DNA of 64,000 nucleotides, taken from NCBI RefSeq assembly GCF_009914755.1, contig NC_060934.1. The stretch is one strand, 5' to 3'. The notes below the pieces were generated by a model that saw nothing but the letters and a program-made list of their open reading frames with translations, searched no databases and was not told the DNA's origin. Below are positions 26,410 through 40,868 of the stretch, piece after piece. The DNA comes from the human T2T-CHM13v2.0 reference genome, Homo sapiens. The number at the start of each line of letters is the position of its first letter. Within the stretch, counting starts at the first letter, position 1. Both the position numbers and the translations under genes were made by a program.

Positions 26410-26950
26410 GATCAAGGCAATCTTCTCTGGAAGGCATGTCAGCAAAATGAATCAAGAGCCTTAAAAATGTCCCTGCCCTCCAGCCTGTCTATTCCACTCC
26501 TGGAAACTATCCTAGCAAATCATCACAAAGGCAGACAAAGAATTAGGCACTTACCTAGCCACTGTTCATCACAACAGCAAATAAAACAGCCTCTTGACCC
26601 AACAGCCTAGATGTAGTTACATCACTAAAGACATTCTGATACATTTACCACCCAATGCGGTACTGTAGACCATTAAAATGCATGGAATGAACAATTTTAA
26701 TGCTGTGGGAAGATGATGGTAACTACTCCAAGTGAAAAAAGCAAACAAATATAGTTTTACATAATTATATGTTCATCGTGGAATGGGCTATATAAAAAAT
26801 GCTAAGAACATAAACATACACAAAAATATCAACAGTAACTCTCCCTGGGCATTGGGGCTACGAGAGATTTTTATTGCATACTTTACACTATTGTGCATTT
26901 TCTGAATGAAAAAAATCAACATGAATTACTTTAATCATCAGACAGAAATT
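26410..26950 (+). mobile_element. Old L1 (L1ME-like) 3' fragment next to exon 3
   Basis: tcaagagccttaaaaatgtccc...attccactcctggaaactatcc...aagtgaaaaaagc...aaaatatcaacagtaactctc. Confidence 0.6.
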
Positions 26951-27161
26951 CTCAATGTTGGAGTTGTAAACCACACACCAGTGCCTGTCCCTTCACTCAG
27001 GCACCGTAGGGGACCAAAATAGTTAAAACACACAGAAGAGTCCCGGGGCTGCTCTTTTTGAACTTGTGTCCAGAAAGTGCTTTGAGTGTCTCACCTGGAG
27101 GACTCAGACCCTGGCTGGAAGGACTAGGAGGACAGCTTCCAGGATGGCCTTGAGTACTTAC

Positions 27162-27216
27162 CCATAATTCCACAAGAGAAAAGTGTAGGTCCTTGACTCA
27201 TCTTCTTTGGCGTGTG
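27162..27216 (-). CDS. FAM53B: FAM53B exon 3 (55 nt): HTPKKMSQGPTLFSCGIM(E)
   Basis: Acceptor ...ctggttgttttCAG| at 27217 and donor G|GTAAGT at 27161-27156. Phase 0 in, phase 1 out; keeps the frame between exon 2 and exon 4. Confidence 0.95.
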
Positions 27217-29569
27217 CTGAAAACAACCAGAAAAGCTATTCACTCTTCAAATCATAGGAAGCATGTTTGCACTGACTCTACTGATCCCTTCTAAAGTCAC
27301 AATAAAAGGGTGACTGTCCTTTGCCAATGTCAGATCAGGGAAAGGAGGAAAAGGTATTCAAAGAGAAAACATCTGCACAAAATTAGGCCCAGATTTTTTG
27401 TCCCAAGTCTCTAGTGAGTTATGGAGTCCATCGAGTTAATGGGCTTTGAAAACACACAGAAAGCCCCACGACTTCTGACACGAGGGGATTTTTCCACATA
27501 AGTGATGTGGAGGCGGCCCGGGGGCAGGATGGATGGTAAACAGTGGAACAAGCTTCCCTGAGCTGGGCTGAGAAGAGACCAAGAGAGGAGGGGACCTCCC
27601 TGGGGACACGAAGAACCTCAAGTAGGGAGCAGAGGGCCCCAGGTCCGACTCCGAGACCCCTCCCTTCCAGATCCAGGGAGAACAGCTCTCCCGCTCTGGT
27701 GAGAAGCATGGGGAGAGCTCGGAAGGGCTGGCGTCTGCTCTGCAGACTGTTTTGTGGCTACATCGAGTCCCCTTGAGGCATTTTCTCTGAACTGAAACAG
27801 AAACTCAAGGGTTATATTTGGTCTCAACATAACAGCTATGGCTTTTGAACTCCTTGGCCCTGTATTTCCACAATGGTTTCCCTTTCCACTGCAAACATTC
27901 TACAGCTTCCCTGATGCCCCCCGCCTACCCTCAACTGAATGCTATGGCCACCAGGCAGAATAGGCCAACGAGGCCTAGAAGAACCCCAAATCCAGGGCAC
28001 TTGCTCCATGGCTACACAGTAAGCTGGGTGTGGAATATTCTGGGGGTTCCTCATGCTAGGTGATACCCAGGTCAAGAGGCTCGCTCGGTCCTCTCATGAG
28101 CAGAGACTACCCAGCCAGAGCCCCAGGAAGGAGCTCTGCCTCAAGTGCTCCAAGGCTTCCTCACTCACTCGCCCACTCGCTCAGTGGGCACGGGCTGGTG
28201 ATTCTTCCTAGGCGGGCTGTGCTGGGGGTTGATCATGCAATGATGAAAGGAGCTCTTAGCCCCAGAGAAATGAGCCTGTCACAGAAGGCTCTGACTTCTA
28301 AAAGGAACCCTGAACACTCCCCATATCAAAATGACACAAACAGACAAGACTTCCAGGCTGGTAAGTGGACAAGGGCCCAGGTTCTGGCTCTTTAAGGCCT
28401 GGCAGGAGGATGGGGCTGACTAGGAACGCCTGGCCCCTCCAGGTAAGAAGGCGGCAAGCACCTGGCACCAGCTCCCTCACTTCATCCCCATCCACCCAAT
28501 CCAGGGACCTCTGCACAAGGTCAACGCCGTGTTCATCCCACGGGGTTACTAAGGGTCCATGCTGACCAACCTGGGGACACAGAGGTGAAGGAGGGCTCAC
28601 TCTTCATGGAAGACGGTCACAGACAAACCACAGGGAGATCAGGGCTGGAGGGGATGTCCAGGGCAAGTGTGCTGGGATGAGGGTGGAGGTCGGGGCAGCC
28701 TCCTGGGGGGGATGCTTAGACACTTGATGAGGACCACAGGAGCTTCTAGGGCGGAAGGGGAACGGGGCAGTCCTCCTACAGGTTGCCCTCCTCAGTTTAA
28801 AATGATCCTAACAGTATCATCAGGCTCAGTCACCCTCCTGGATTCCACAGTGATGTAACCATCCCCTCTACCGCCATCTGTGGAAATATCTGGGAAGAAT
28901 TCAAAATGGCTGCACCTGCTTCCTCCCATCCCCCAACACAATCCCAGCTGAGAGGTGCAGCTGAGAACACACCGAAGTCATCCAATGGCAAGTGGATGAC
29001 AAGCGCATGAGAGCACTGCTGCTGGGGCTGCACTGCCTGCACAGCCGAGAGCTCAGCCTGTGGACGCCAGGCAGGCGCCCAGTTTGCAGGCTCAGAGAGG
29101 GAAGTCAGGCCAGGGTCTTGCTTGCCAAGGAAGGCAGCTCCCAGCACTAAGGGAACACCTGGGCACAAGGAAATTACCCCCTGGGGAACCCCGGCCCCCA
29201 GCCCGTGCCTGCCAGGTGGGAGAAGGTAACCCAGGGTGGGAGGCCAGAGAGGCCACACCAGGATGGGGGCTGGGGAGAGCAGAATTGAACAGGAACACTG
29301 AAGCACCCCGCGTGCTTCACTGGCATGCATGCAGGAGGGCTTGGGGCTTTCCACACCAAAGCAGGAAGCCACGTAGTGAGCCGCCCCTGCCTGGCCAGCA
29401 GAACAGTGCTTGCTGGCCGCCTCTCACCAAGCTGGCATGTTCTAGACCAAGGGGGACCTCAGGGCCCTCCTGACCCAGGCCTTCGCAAGGAACACTGCCA
29501 GAGATGCTGGGGTCTGTCTGCCCACAGAGGCAGCACTGGGCCAGCACACAGAGCACCCCAGGCACTCGT

Positions 29570-30240
29570 TCATACATTCACTCAACTTGCTCATTCATTC
29601 ATTCAATGAGGACTTATCAGCATCTGCAGCAGGTCCCCAGAGTGGCCTGCCATTTCTAACCTGGAAAACTGACTCCTCACCACCCCACCATTGGCCCTGA
29701 TCCCAGCCACTGCCAGCCCCAGTGAACGCCCCTCCTAACCGCTCTTACAGCCTGTACCCTCGGCCCCCATTCCCCACCCTCCATCCAGAACCCAGAGCCA
29801 TCTTCTTAAAGCAGAGATCAGACCACGTCATTCTGTTCCAACAACTTCCCACCACAACCAGAATCAAATCCCGGCCACTACCTCTCCTCCACAGCCTACA
29901 GGGCCCCATATGAGCCAACCTGAGTACCCCCAACCTTGCTCTGGCCCTCCCCTCCTCACTCACACCACCCAGTGGGGCCAGGCCAGTCACTACCATCTCA
30001 GGGGCTTTGTGCCGGGATCTTCACGCAGCAGGCTTTGCACTGTTCCTGCCCTGTGGCCTCCTCAGTGGCCTTGCCGGACCATCCTGGCTAAAGCGGTGCC
30101 TCCCACCTGCTTTTCTCTCTCCCATCGCCTCATTTAATGAACATGGCAGGTATCAGAACATCTGTTCCTGTACTGATTCTCTGCTCCATGGGAACGGAAG
30201 CTTCTTGAGAAAGGAGGGCTGTCTTGGTTCCAACATCCCA
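29570..30240. mobile_element. L2 fragments
   Basis: (cattcatt)n; cccagagccatcttcttaaagcagagatcagaccacgtcattctg...agaatcaaatcc...ggctttgcactgttcc. Confidence 0.65.
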
Positions 30241-33200
30241 GCTGACAGCAGGCACCATGGCTACAGCCACCTGTCAGCGCCAGCCTGTCCCACTCCTGCA
30301 GCCACACACCCAGTGGATGTCAGGCAACGGAAGTGGATTTTCACTGGGCAGAAGTCACTGTCTCCCAAAATCGCTGGCCTCACGCAAAGTCAAACCTCAG
30401 TGGGGAAGGGCTGAGAGGCCAGCCTGAGTGTCAGAGCCGCCCTGCAGGCTAGCCTGGCCTCCTCATGCCGGTCTCCAACACTCTACCTAAGGGTTCCCAT
30501 GAACCAGCAATGGTGCACACTATGATTTTCTAACTCGAAAGAACGACTTCTCCATTTCCCCACCCCGGGCAAGCCACTGCTTGCTCCTCACTGAACAGAT
30601 GAAACCGCGCAGCCCAGTGGTGCGGCCCCCTTCTTCTGTCAGCAGCACCCCAATTCTGAATTGGGATACCTTCATCGTCACTGGATCATGTCTTAGTGGG
30701 ACTGTCAACCAAGGTGCCTCCACCTCCCCTGGCCCCAGGCTAGGCCCAGAACTCAAGCCTGGCTGACCAGACACTGGTTCCATGGCTGACTCCTGAACCA
30801 CAGAGCTGGGGCTGATCCGCCCAGGAAGGAGGCCCTCAGCCTGCCCGTGAGCACCTGCTTCTAAAGTCCTCCCAGCTGCTCCCACCCTGCCCTTTCTGAG
30901 GCCCGACTGGCCCCCTCCTCTCCAGCCCTGCGAGCTCGCCCTGTGCTTCAGGGAGTTCTCTTTCGGGGTGAGTTAGCTGGAGATGGCCTCTGGTGCTGAC
31001 AAAGGAGGAACCCTGACTGATTTCGTGCTTGACCTCAAGACCAGATCACGGCCCATCTTGCTTTCTGAGCCCCATCCGTGAGGCTAAGCCAGTGGCGGCC
31101 AGGCCAGAATGTCATGTACTGACAGCTTTCCAGGGTGCCAGGCCCCAGTGTACCCTGACCGCTGGCAGGTTTCCCTGGTCCAACTCCACATGGGCAAACC
31201 AGCAGAGTTCCTGCTTGGCTCTAGGTTGGCCAGGGCCTTTTTTTCCCCAGGCTTCCCAGTATATGCTAACATTCCCACTGGTATTTACCATTCCTATACA
31301 CACGGCCTTTCCAACACTTTGAACCTCCTGCACCCACAGTGGGAAGAATGAGCCAATCACGGTGTGGAGGCCCCACCAGGCCGAGGGAACCCCTCGGCCC
31401 TCTGAGGTTTCACAAGACACTCAGTGTCTGCACTCTGCGAGCACCCGAGCCCTAGCTGAGGTCTGCAGTGAAATAAGACCAGAGCACATTTCCCCTTTGT
31501 GCTTCTCCCACCGTGAAGCCTCTGTTCCCGAGCCCACGCCGGGGCAGGGCCTCGTCTCTGTGAGACTCCTCAGATCACGAGAGAAGGTTTTTGGAATTAG
31601 ATCCTCGTAGGAAAGGCAAAAGCTGGAAATCAAATGGAGGCTTCAGGGCCATCTGTCTGACTAAAGAAAGCAGCCCTGGCTTAAATAAAGACACAATTAA
31701 GGCTCCAAATGAGGAACTGGCCCTGCAGAAAATGCCAGGCCACAACCACGGTTCTTGGTAACTTTGCTCTGCACATTATCCACTAAAGAAATCAAATCAC
31801 CTTTTCCATCTCCTGACACGGTGTTACAGGGAGCCACAGAGCAACAGGGGGAGGCTCGCGCTCATGCCCTGCGGGGGAACGAGTGGAGCACCCACACTTC
31901 CGAAATGCAACCCCGCGAGACCGTGGCAGTCGAAAGCAAAAAGGAGATCCAGGCCTGAGACAAGAAAGAGAAGCTGAGGAGGGAACAGCACCTTTGTGTG
32001 AAGACTCTCAAAGATGCGGATAGAGATACGCTGGCCCTGACTCCTGAGGCTCTGGGATTAGCCAAAGCATGGGCAGGCCCCTTGGTATCTCTGCCTGCCC
32101 AGGGTGAAAGGCATCAGGCTGCCCTGGACCCTGTGCACTCCCACATTCTAACTTCAGGCCAGCCTGGGGCCTGCCAGAGATCCTGGCTGGGGCTGTTGAG
32201 CTCAAAGTGCCAACTTAGCATGGCCCGAAGTATGAAGAACCCCAGTGCCCAGGCAACTGGGTGCAAGGCCTGACATGGCCACTAACTCCTCAGGTAAGAA
32301 AAGTCATTTAGCCTTGGCATCCTAATCTGACAAGTACAGAAGGAAGTGCTTGTTCTAGCTACCAGATCAGCCCCTCCAAAGGACAAGTATTGGTTGTTAC
32401 GTGGAAAGTCAGGCAGCCTGGAGCTCCATGCTGCCCTCTGCCCAGGAGCAGCCAGCCACCAGCTCCCTTTGGTCTTCAGCCTTAAGGGAGGATGGGCTGC
32501 AGAAAGAAGAGCGGGCCTGGCCAAGGGAGGTGGTCACTCTGGAAACAAAAGAACAGGCCCTTGGCCTGAGTGTGGGCGTGCGGGAAGGAGCTGAGGGAGC
32601 ACAGTGCTCCAAGGTCAAACGTCTGGGCTGCCTTCCAGGGGAGCAGCTAATGTTAGAACACTGGAAGGAAGAGCCCACTCAGCAGAGGAAGGCACTGGCC
32701 AGAGTGGGGGAAAGGGGAACTGGACCCAGCCATGGCTGCCGGCAGTGCAAGCGAAGCCAGGGCCATGGGCACAGCTGAGCCTCAGGGCCATCTCCCCCCA
32801 GGCAGGTGGGCCCTGTGCTGGGAAAGGCAAAATGCTGAGCACTGGTCAGTCCTTTTTTTCCCTTTTTCCCACATCTTTCTTTGAGGGAAAGACAGTTGTT
32901 TCACCAGCATTTAGTTTTTTAAAACAGGGGAACCAGAACCATGGCATGAACCCCTAAGAAGGCTGGGAGGGAGACCGAGTCCTCACACCCCTCAACAGGC
33001 CTCAGAATTGGCCACGAGCTCCTCCTCCAGTGCCACATGACACCCAGGGTTGCGAGGACCCTGGTGACTTTCCCTTGCACATTGAGACTTTCCCGCTCTG
33101 TGACTAAGGCCTGACTCTGGGGACCCAGGGTGAGCTGCGCCTCTGGGGCCTGCTCCCATAATTCCAAAGTGGCCTATGCTGATACCAGTCCCGGCCTCCC

Positions 33201-33736
33201 CCACAGTCATGCTTTCCTTTAAAATCTTAAACCTCCACTTGTTATCTTCTTAGTCTGATTAGAAAACAAAAGAAAAATTATTTTCCATCGTTCCTGTTGT
33301 TATCTTGATGGTATTTACACGGGGATGATGTTACCAGTTTAGGAAGCTAAAGCAAAACCCCGTCAACTTCCTCTGAACCTTTGCTGGCTGTTCAAAGCAA
33401 ATGCTAGCATCAGCTTATCTCACATTCTGTCCCGTGGATGTCATCACTAGACTAAGATTATTTTCAGTATTTCTTCAGTTATTTACATCGTGTGTCTCTC
33501 CCCAAGGCCTGGAGGGGCTCCAAGGCGATCACAGCCTCTGGAACAGGGCCCATGCGAGAAGGTGCTGGGGGAAGCAGACAAGGGCCTGGACTTGAAATCT
33601 GTGACCAGGGCAGCCCCTCCCTGGGCTCTCTGAGCCACAGTTTCCTTCCTGTATAATGGGGTAGAAATGGGTGCACCCCTGCCCCTCAGCAGGTGGCATG
33701 AGGCTCAAGGACAGGGAGGAGGTACCTGGACCTCTG

Positions 33737-34463
<727 letters not shown>

Positions 34464-35269
34464 CTTCCCAAGACCCTCAGTGTAGCTGCACCTCCAACAC
34501 CTTCCTGCTGGCCCACGCTATAGCGCAGGCAGCGCTGAGCCAGGCCGGGCCAGGCACTGACGCCCAGTCAATGTGTTCTGGGCGCATAAGCAAACTGAGC
34601 AATGAGAAAGCCCATCTCCAACAGGGCTGCTCCCCACAACAGACCTCTCATCTGGAGCCAAGGGGAGAGAAGAGGAGGAGGAAGACCACAGATGGACCCA
34701 AAGCACTGCACACTGGGTGGTTCTGGGCCCGGACAGGCCAGTAACAAAAAGCAGCAGAAAGAAGGATACTTTCCAACAAAGCAAGGAGAGTTCAGGAAGA
34801 AAGCACAGATTCTAATCTGTGTGGCCACAAGAGAACACATGGTAGAATCCCTTCCAGCAAAGCCGCCTGCTCTCCCCTGACTGCTTTCCCTTTCTGAGAT
34901 GAGTTTTCCTTCCCTGGCCAGGGCTGGGAGGCCGTGCTCCTCCTGGCAGGGGCTCAGGCCACACCTCTTGGAAGAGCAGCTCAGCTGACCTTGGGCCCAC
35001 ATGTCCTGGAACCAACTCTGAAGCCAACACCAGGCAGTCCCACCCTGAGAAGGGACCAAGCACAGAGGCGGCCACTGCAGCCAACTGCACAGCTGGACCC
35101 GGGTAGGGCTCCTCCCTCGGGACCTCCAGATGGCTCCTCACCCTTGAGGTCCCTTCTTTTTGGTCAGAGCTACTCTAGTCGCACCCACTCAGTCGTGAAC
35201 TGGAGCAGCAGCCAGAGAGAGAGTAAGACAATGGTGAATGAGAAGAGGCCAGGTGACAGGAACCTGCAA

Positions 35270-35950
35270 GCTCATCCATCCACAAACATCCACTGAGCAC
35301 CTGCCACGGGCTGGGCCCCGTGCATTCAACAACAAGTAAGAGAGACATCCTCTGCTTTCTCAAAGCTCCCATTCTAGTATAAGGACTCGGTCAAGATCCA
35401 TAGGGACATGTTTAAAAGTGCTAAGTGCCCAAGAGGGAAAAAGGAAAAGAGGAGAGAAAGTGTGGTGGGGGTAAGGGGTGGGCGCTGGCGCTGGGACTGA
35501 ACTGTAGGTTGAGTAGCCAGAGAAGGAAGGAGGGAGGGAGTGTGTCCTACTGTGGGGAGAGGGCTCCAGGCCAAGGAAAAAGTGCAAAGGCCTGAGGCAG
35601 GCTCACGCTTGGCATATTGGAATAGGGAGGCCAGTGGGGACCGAGCAGAGGGGGCAGAGTGGCAGAGATGAGGTCAAAGCAGTCACATGGACAAGAATAT
35701 ATGGGGCCATGTACATCCTAGTAAGGGCTGGGTGTTTGCTAAGCATTCAGTGTAAAGCCAGTGGAAGCTGCTACACAGAGAAGGACAGCTCTGACTGGGA
35801 TTCTCTCTGGCTGCTGGGTGGAGAACAGGTTAAAAAGAGCCAGAGGCAGGGGACCAGTTACCACAAGAATCCTTGCGAGAGAACAGCAGGTGGAACCAGG
35901 GTGGTGGCAGCGGGGCTGGTGAGAAGTAATCACATCACACAGCAAATGTG
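35270..35950 (-). mobile_element. L2 (reverse orientation)
   Basis: cactgagcacctgcc...gtgcaaaggcctgaggcagg...ggaggccagtg...gagatgaggtc...tctctggctgctgggtggaga. Confidence 0.7.
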
Positions 35951-37645
35951 AACTGGAAAGGATGGGGTGGTAGCAGAAGAGCTGAATGGTCACAGCAGCT
36001 CTACTCCTCGCTGCAGTGACCAAGGCTGCCATCGAGCAAACACACCTCAGGTGCCTGCTGTCTGCCCTGCCTCAGTAGTGCTGGGGACATGGGGAGGAGC
36101 AAAGCTGAGTCCCTATCCTTGCAGCTGGGGGTGACACCCCATGGAGACCTCACAGGCTGAGGCCCATGAGCAGAGTGGCACCAGTGTCACATCTGGTAAG
36201 GGCTGAAGAGACCTGACTGAGGGAGGGCCACCAAGACTGGCGTCCAGACACCAGGCAGCAGGCAGAGGCCTGAATGCAGGCCCAGGAAGTGGGGCTAGAG
36301 GGGCAGGAGGGAAGGCGAAGGCGGAGGCGGAGCCAGTGAGGCAGTTACTGCCTGCTCCAGGTTGCAGCTGCCTCATTTGTAAAACAAGGAGGCTGGACCC
36401 AACGGTTTCTAAGCCACTTCTTCTCACCCTTCAAGGCCAAATCAAGTATCCCTGCTCCGCAAGGCTTTCCCTGGCGTGCTACAGCCAGGCTGGCCCTGCT
36501 CCTCTACAAGCCCTGGGCTTCCCATGGGCTTCAGCTGCGAGTTCTTAGTCATGGGATCCTCAAGTGTCACTGTATTCACAGCTCTCCAGACACCCTCCCT
36601 CTAGACCACGAGCTTCTCAAGGGTGAGGAGTACAGGGCCTGGCTCCAGCTCATCCTGTTCCCTGAACTCCTCCAGCCTGGTGCCCAACACACGGAAGGCG
36701 CTCTGTGAGGCCTGCGGAAAGAATACAGATCTCGGTGGCTTTCCCAAGCTCCTGCCACAGCCAGAGACCTAGGTCTATCTGCTCAAGGTCTGGTTTCACT
36801 GGCATGAGCTAGGGGAAGGGGCCCACCAAGGAGGCTTGGCGTGGGTCCTCACGAGGAGCCGTGAAGGGCGCCAGGAGGGGTCCTGGGCAAGGTGACCCTG
36901 GGCAGTTGGCCCCTTCCTGATCACGGAAGCTGCAGAGAGTTCTGAGGACTTGCCCATCTCCACAAGACTGCTTATGACTGAGTGTGGCTTCTCGCTCCCT
37001 CCACAGGGGAGCAGCCTGCACTCACATCTGAGGAACTGGGCTTGGAAGGACAGGTCTGCTGACAGGGTTCAGCTACTGGAGGTTGTTTTGCTCGTAGTCT
37101 AAGAAGGCCGAGTTAGCTACCTCTCTGCGCTAGTCCACCAAGTGGTCCAGGGTGGTCCAGGGTGAACCACCTTTGGCAGAGGGTGGCTGTTGCCATAGCT
37201 CACCACACCTTCTTTCCCCATCATCTCCCACTCTCGACGTTCCTGAGGCAGCACCACCCTTCAGAGGGACAGGCTTATCTGGGCCCCCATTCAGGGCACC
37301 AACCCCCTCTGGAAACCACCCCCCCTTAATGGGTGGAGACAGAAGGAATGTCAATCCTGGCTTGGCAGGCGGCAGAATCACACTTGCTGTTATTTACCAG
37401 GGGATGGCCTCCCCTCCTCATTCACCAGATGACCTCAAATCTGAGCTGAGTTCCTTCCTTCCAGCAAGTTCTCAGTCAAGCTCTGCTCCTGTGCCCTGTT
37501 GCCCCAGCCCGGGACGCCTCACAGAGCTTTGCTCTTGGGGACTCTGGACTCGATTTGCTAAGCCTAGGTGCTCAGTCCACAGCCCTGTCTGTACATCAGG
37601 CCTCAGAAATGGTCATGGAAAGCAGGAAGCCTGCCAGGTCCTCAC

Positions 37646-37723
37646 CAGTTCACGGCTGAAGGTCCCACATGCAATGGAGTCAGCTCCCCGGGTGCTGAGG
37701 CTTTCACTTAGGACCATCACCAT
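37646..37723 (-). CDS. FAM53B: FAM53B first coding part (exon 2): MVMVLSESLSTRGADSIACGTFSREL, aa 1-26
   Basis: Manual minus-strand translation. ATG at 37723 in context CTTATC-ATG-G; donor CTG|GTGAGG at 37645; phase 0. Peptide matches the FAM53B N-terminus as I recall it and joins in frame with exons 3 and 4. Confidence 0.95.
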
Positions 37724-37733
37724 GATAAGGGCC

Positions 37734-37772
37734 TCAGGCGCTGGGCTCCATCCCAGGGTGGGTATCAGCCAT
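37734..37772 (-). promoter_or_regulatory. uORF in FAM53B 5'UTR (MADTHPGMEPSA*)
   Basis: GTGAAG-ATG-G (A at -3, G at +4); out of frame with the CDS; TGA ends 10 nt before the main ATG. Confidence 0.7.
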
Positions 37773-37818
37773 CTTCACTTGGGCAGACTTGGGGTGAGTA
37801 CCTCCTGGGGAATTGATG

Positions 37819-37839
37819 TCAGCAGAAACAGCTCCCCAT
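37819..37839 (-). promoter_or_regulatory. uORF in FAM53B 5'UTR (MGSCFC*)
   Basis: ATG GGG AGC TGT TTC TGC TGA read directly within exon 2. Confidence 0.65.
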
Positions 37840-38465
37840 TGGCCACTCACCCTTGGGGTGGGGCCCTTCTGGGAAATGGCCAAATGTGGTCAACTCCCTG
37901 GAAAGACAAAAGAAAAGCAAAAAGATTCAGGACTAAGAAAGACGAGGGCCCTGAGAGTCACCCCTCCCACAGTACTGGAAATCCCAGGGGACTGGAACCA
38001 CCTCTCTGCTAAAGGAGATGCACTCTGGGAGAGTCACCAAGGCCCAGAGTTACCTTCTCAGAGTCCCCCCGCCCACCCCTGCCATGCCAGCCTTGGGCTG
38101 CCTCACTTGTAAAATGGCCTGGTGGATAGAACAACAAATTGGGGTCCAGCCGCATGATACCTTTAAGATCTATCTCAGGGTCTGGGTGGCTAACAATCTG
38201 CTGTCCCTGCAGCATACTCAAGTCATGTGACATCTTACCACTAAGCTGGCTCTACAGGCAGCTTCAGCACACACCAGGATACATTAAAGTAGGCCAAGGG
38301 TCAGAACATGCCTCAGCCCCGCATCCAACACCAAAGGGGTCGGCCCTCAGGCAGCCAACTGGCAGCAAGGGACCAGCAGTCAGCATGCTGGCTCCCTTCT
38401 CCAACCAGTTATGAACAGAAGCTAATGGAACAATCAGTAGGGTCCATTTAAAAAGGCATACATTT

Positions 38466-38996
<531 letters not shown>

Positions 38997-39859
38997 TCAG
39001 GTTTGAAAAATCCCTCCTTATAAACTCATGTCTCTGATTCTATTTCCCCATGTGGCTAAACCTTCAAAGAAAGTCACACAGATACAAGGAACCTGAAGAT
39101 CACCATCAAAAAGTAAAAAATAATCATGATAACAGTATTAAATAGAAAAGCAGCTTCCAATCTGTAATCAGAAACAAACTGCTCAACACAGGAAAATGTT
39201 TTAGAATCTGCTGCTCTGTGTAAAAATTAATTGCACCCTGGTATTTACTTGCTGTCCAGATTGTAAATCATGTTTTCCTGTTTACTTCAATTAGACTTTA
39301 CAGTGGGTGTTACTGAAATTGCTCAATTACAGGCCAGCTGGCAAGCACAGGAAAATTACCTTCTACTGTTCTTCGAAAACAAGGTTCATCCAAAGTGCAA
39401 AAGCAGGGAAGGGGAGGAGGGAAATCAATACATGTTCAGGAAGGGAGCCCCGGGGAGCCTGAAGATTCCCAGGTCGCATTGAGAGACCTGATGCACAGGT
39501 TCAATACCACATCGATCTAGAAGTGACATGTTCTGACCAAGTGTGATCTGTTCAAGGAAAGAATTTCAGACCACTCCTGCAAGTTCTGGCCAGGCAGCTG
39601 AGCCAGAAATGCCTGTCAGCCCCCACTGCAGGCTTAGCTCAGGAGCAGGCCAGAGAGGTGCTCCTGGACTCGCCTTTCAAAGGGGCCTTTTGTGCCTCCT
39701 CAGTGGTGGAAGCCTAATGGCAGCCGTCATGTTTCTGTGTGTGAGCCCCAATTCAGCTCTACGGCAGCCAGCCGTCGGCACAAGGCCTGAGAGGTGAGCT
39801 GCCTGTTCCCTCCTCCCCCATTTCCAGCCTCTCTCTAGGAAGCCAGGTGGGCTCAGTAG

Positions 39860-40090
39860 CTACAGAGGCTCAGGTCCTGAGTCAAGCACAACTGAGTTGG
39901 AATCCCAGCTCTTGAAATACATTGTTTGAGTGGCCTTTGCCAAGTTACTCTCAGAGCCTCAGTTTCCCTCTCTGTACAACAGGGAAAACAGTGCTTGCCT
40001 CACAAGGTTACTGTATCTGATGAAAACAGAGCCCAAGTCCTTTGCCCAGTGTCTCGCTCATCCAGGAGAGTGCTCAATCAGCAGCAGCTA
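39860..40090 (+). mobile_element. MIR
   Basis: ggaatcccagctc...caagttactctcagagcctcagtttccctctctgtacaacaggg...gtgctcaat. Confidence 0.7.
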
Positions 40091-40815
40091 CTGCTAGCAG
40101 TTTCATGGGGGAGGCTGGGAGTCCAGATCCTCCTCTCGGCAATGGACGCCCAAGCGGCCATCCTCTCAAATGTGTTTAAAGGGAAACAAGCTAAATTCCA
40201 TTAACAAGGGCCTGGCTATATGATGGCCCATCCCTCTGGTGAAGTAGGAGGAGGCCAGTAGAATGAAACTGTGGAAGTCTGTCGCCATGGGAACACATTA
40301 GCCCATCCAGACACAGCTCTGCATGAAGCAGGAAGCCAGAACGAGGCAAAGACGGGGCACCCCAGCTCTCTCTAGCTCCATCCCCAGCAGAGTCCCGACA
40401 AGGGGCCAGGGCTCAGAGAGGCAGCAGAAGCACCAAAAGCGCCTGGGTAACTGGGTGGTCAGCACACGTGGCAGGCATGGAAAGGAGAAGGCAGGTGTAG
40501 CACAATCCCTGCCCTGGGGGGTCTCACAGAGAGTGCAGTGACCCAGCCAACACATTTCAGAGGCAGGCAGAAAGGGGGACATTCATCGGAGGTAGGCCTT
40601 AAAGTGACTCCTTTGCACTGTAAGAGCCCAAGAGTGGGGACAACCTAGCTGCCTACAAGCAGGGCAAACTGGTTAAATACATTACGGTGTTGTTACATAA
40701 GGGAATACCATGTGGCCTTCAAAAATATTTTAATGAGCCAGTTCAAACTGTACAGATATGAAACAATCTCCAAGAAATCCTATAAAGTGACAAAGGCAAG
40801 AAGAGCGAGTCCACT

Positions 40816-40868
40816 AGCCTGAGTGACAGAGTGAGTCTCTGCCTCAAAAAAAGAAAAAAAAAAAAAAA
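40816..40868 (+). mobile_element. Very short Alu 3' fragment with poly-A, inside an old L1 remnant (about 40650-41010)
   Basis: gcctgagtgacagagtgagtctctgcctc followed by an A-rich tail. Confidence 0.7.

Larger units (their letters stand above)
37724..37897 (-). other. FAM53B: FAM53B exon 2 5'UTR part (174 nt)
   Basis: Strong polypyrimidine tract and CAG on the minus strand (plus strand ctggaaagacaaaagaaaagcaaaaaga, 37898-37925) directly upstream. Confidence 0.85.

Noticed and set aside
37152-38012. 286-aa plus-strand ORF antisense to exon 2
   Set aside because: Starts at GTG, has no recognisable domain, and is compositionally typical of GC-rich non-coding DNA.
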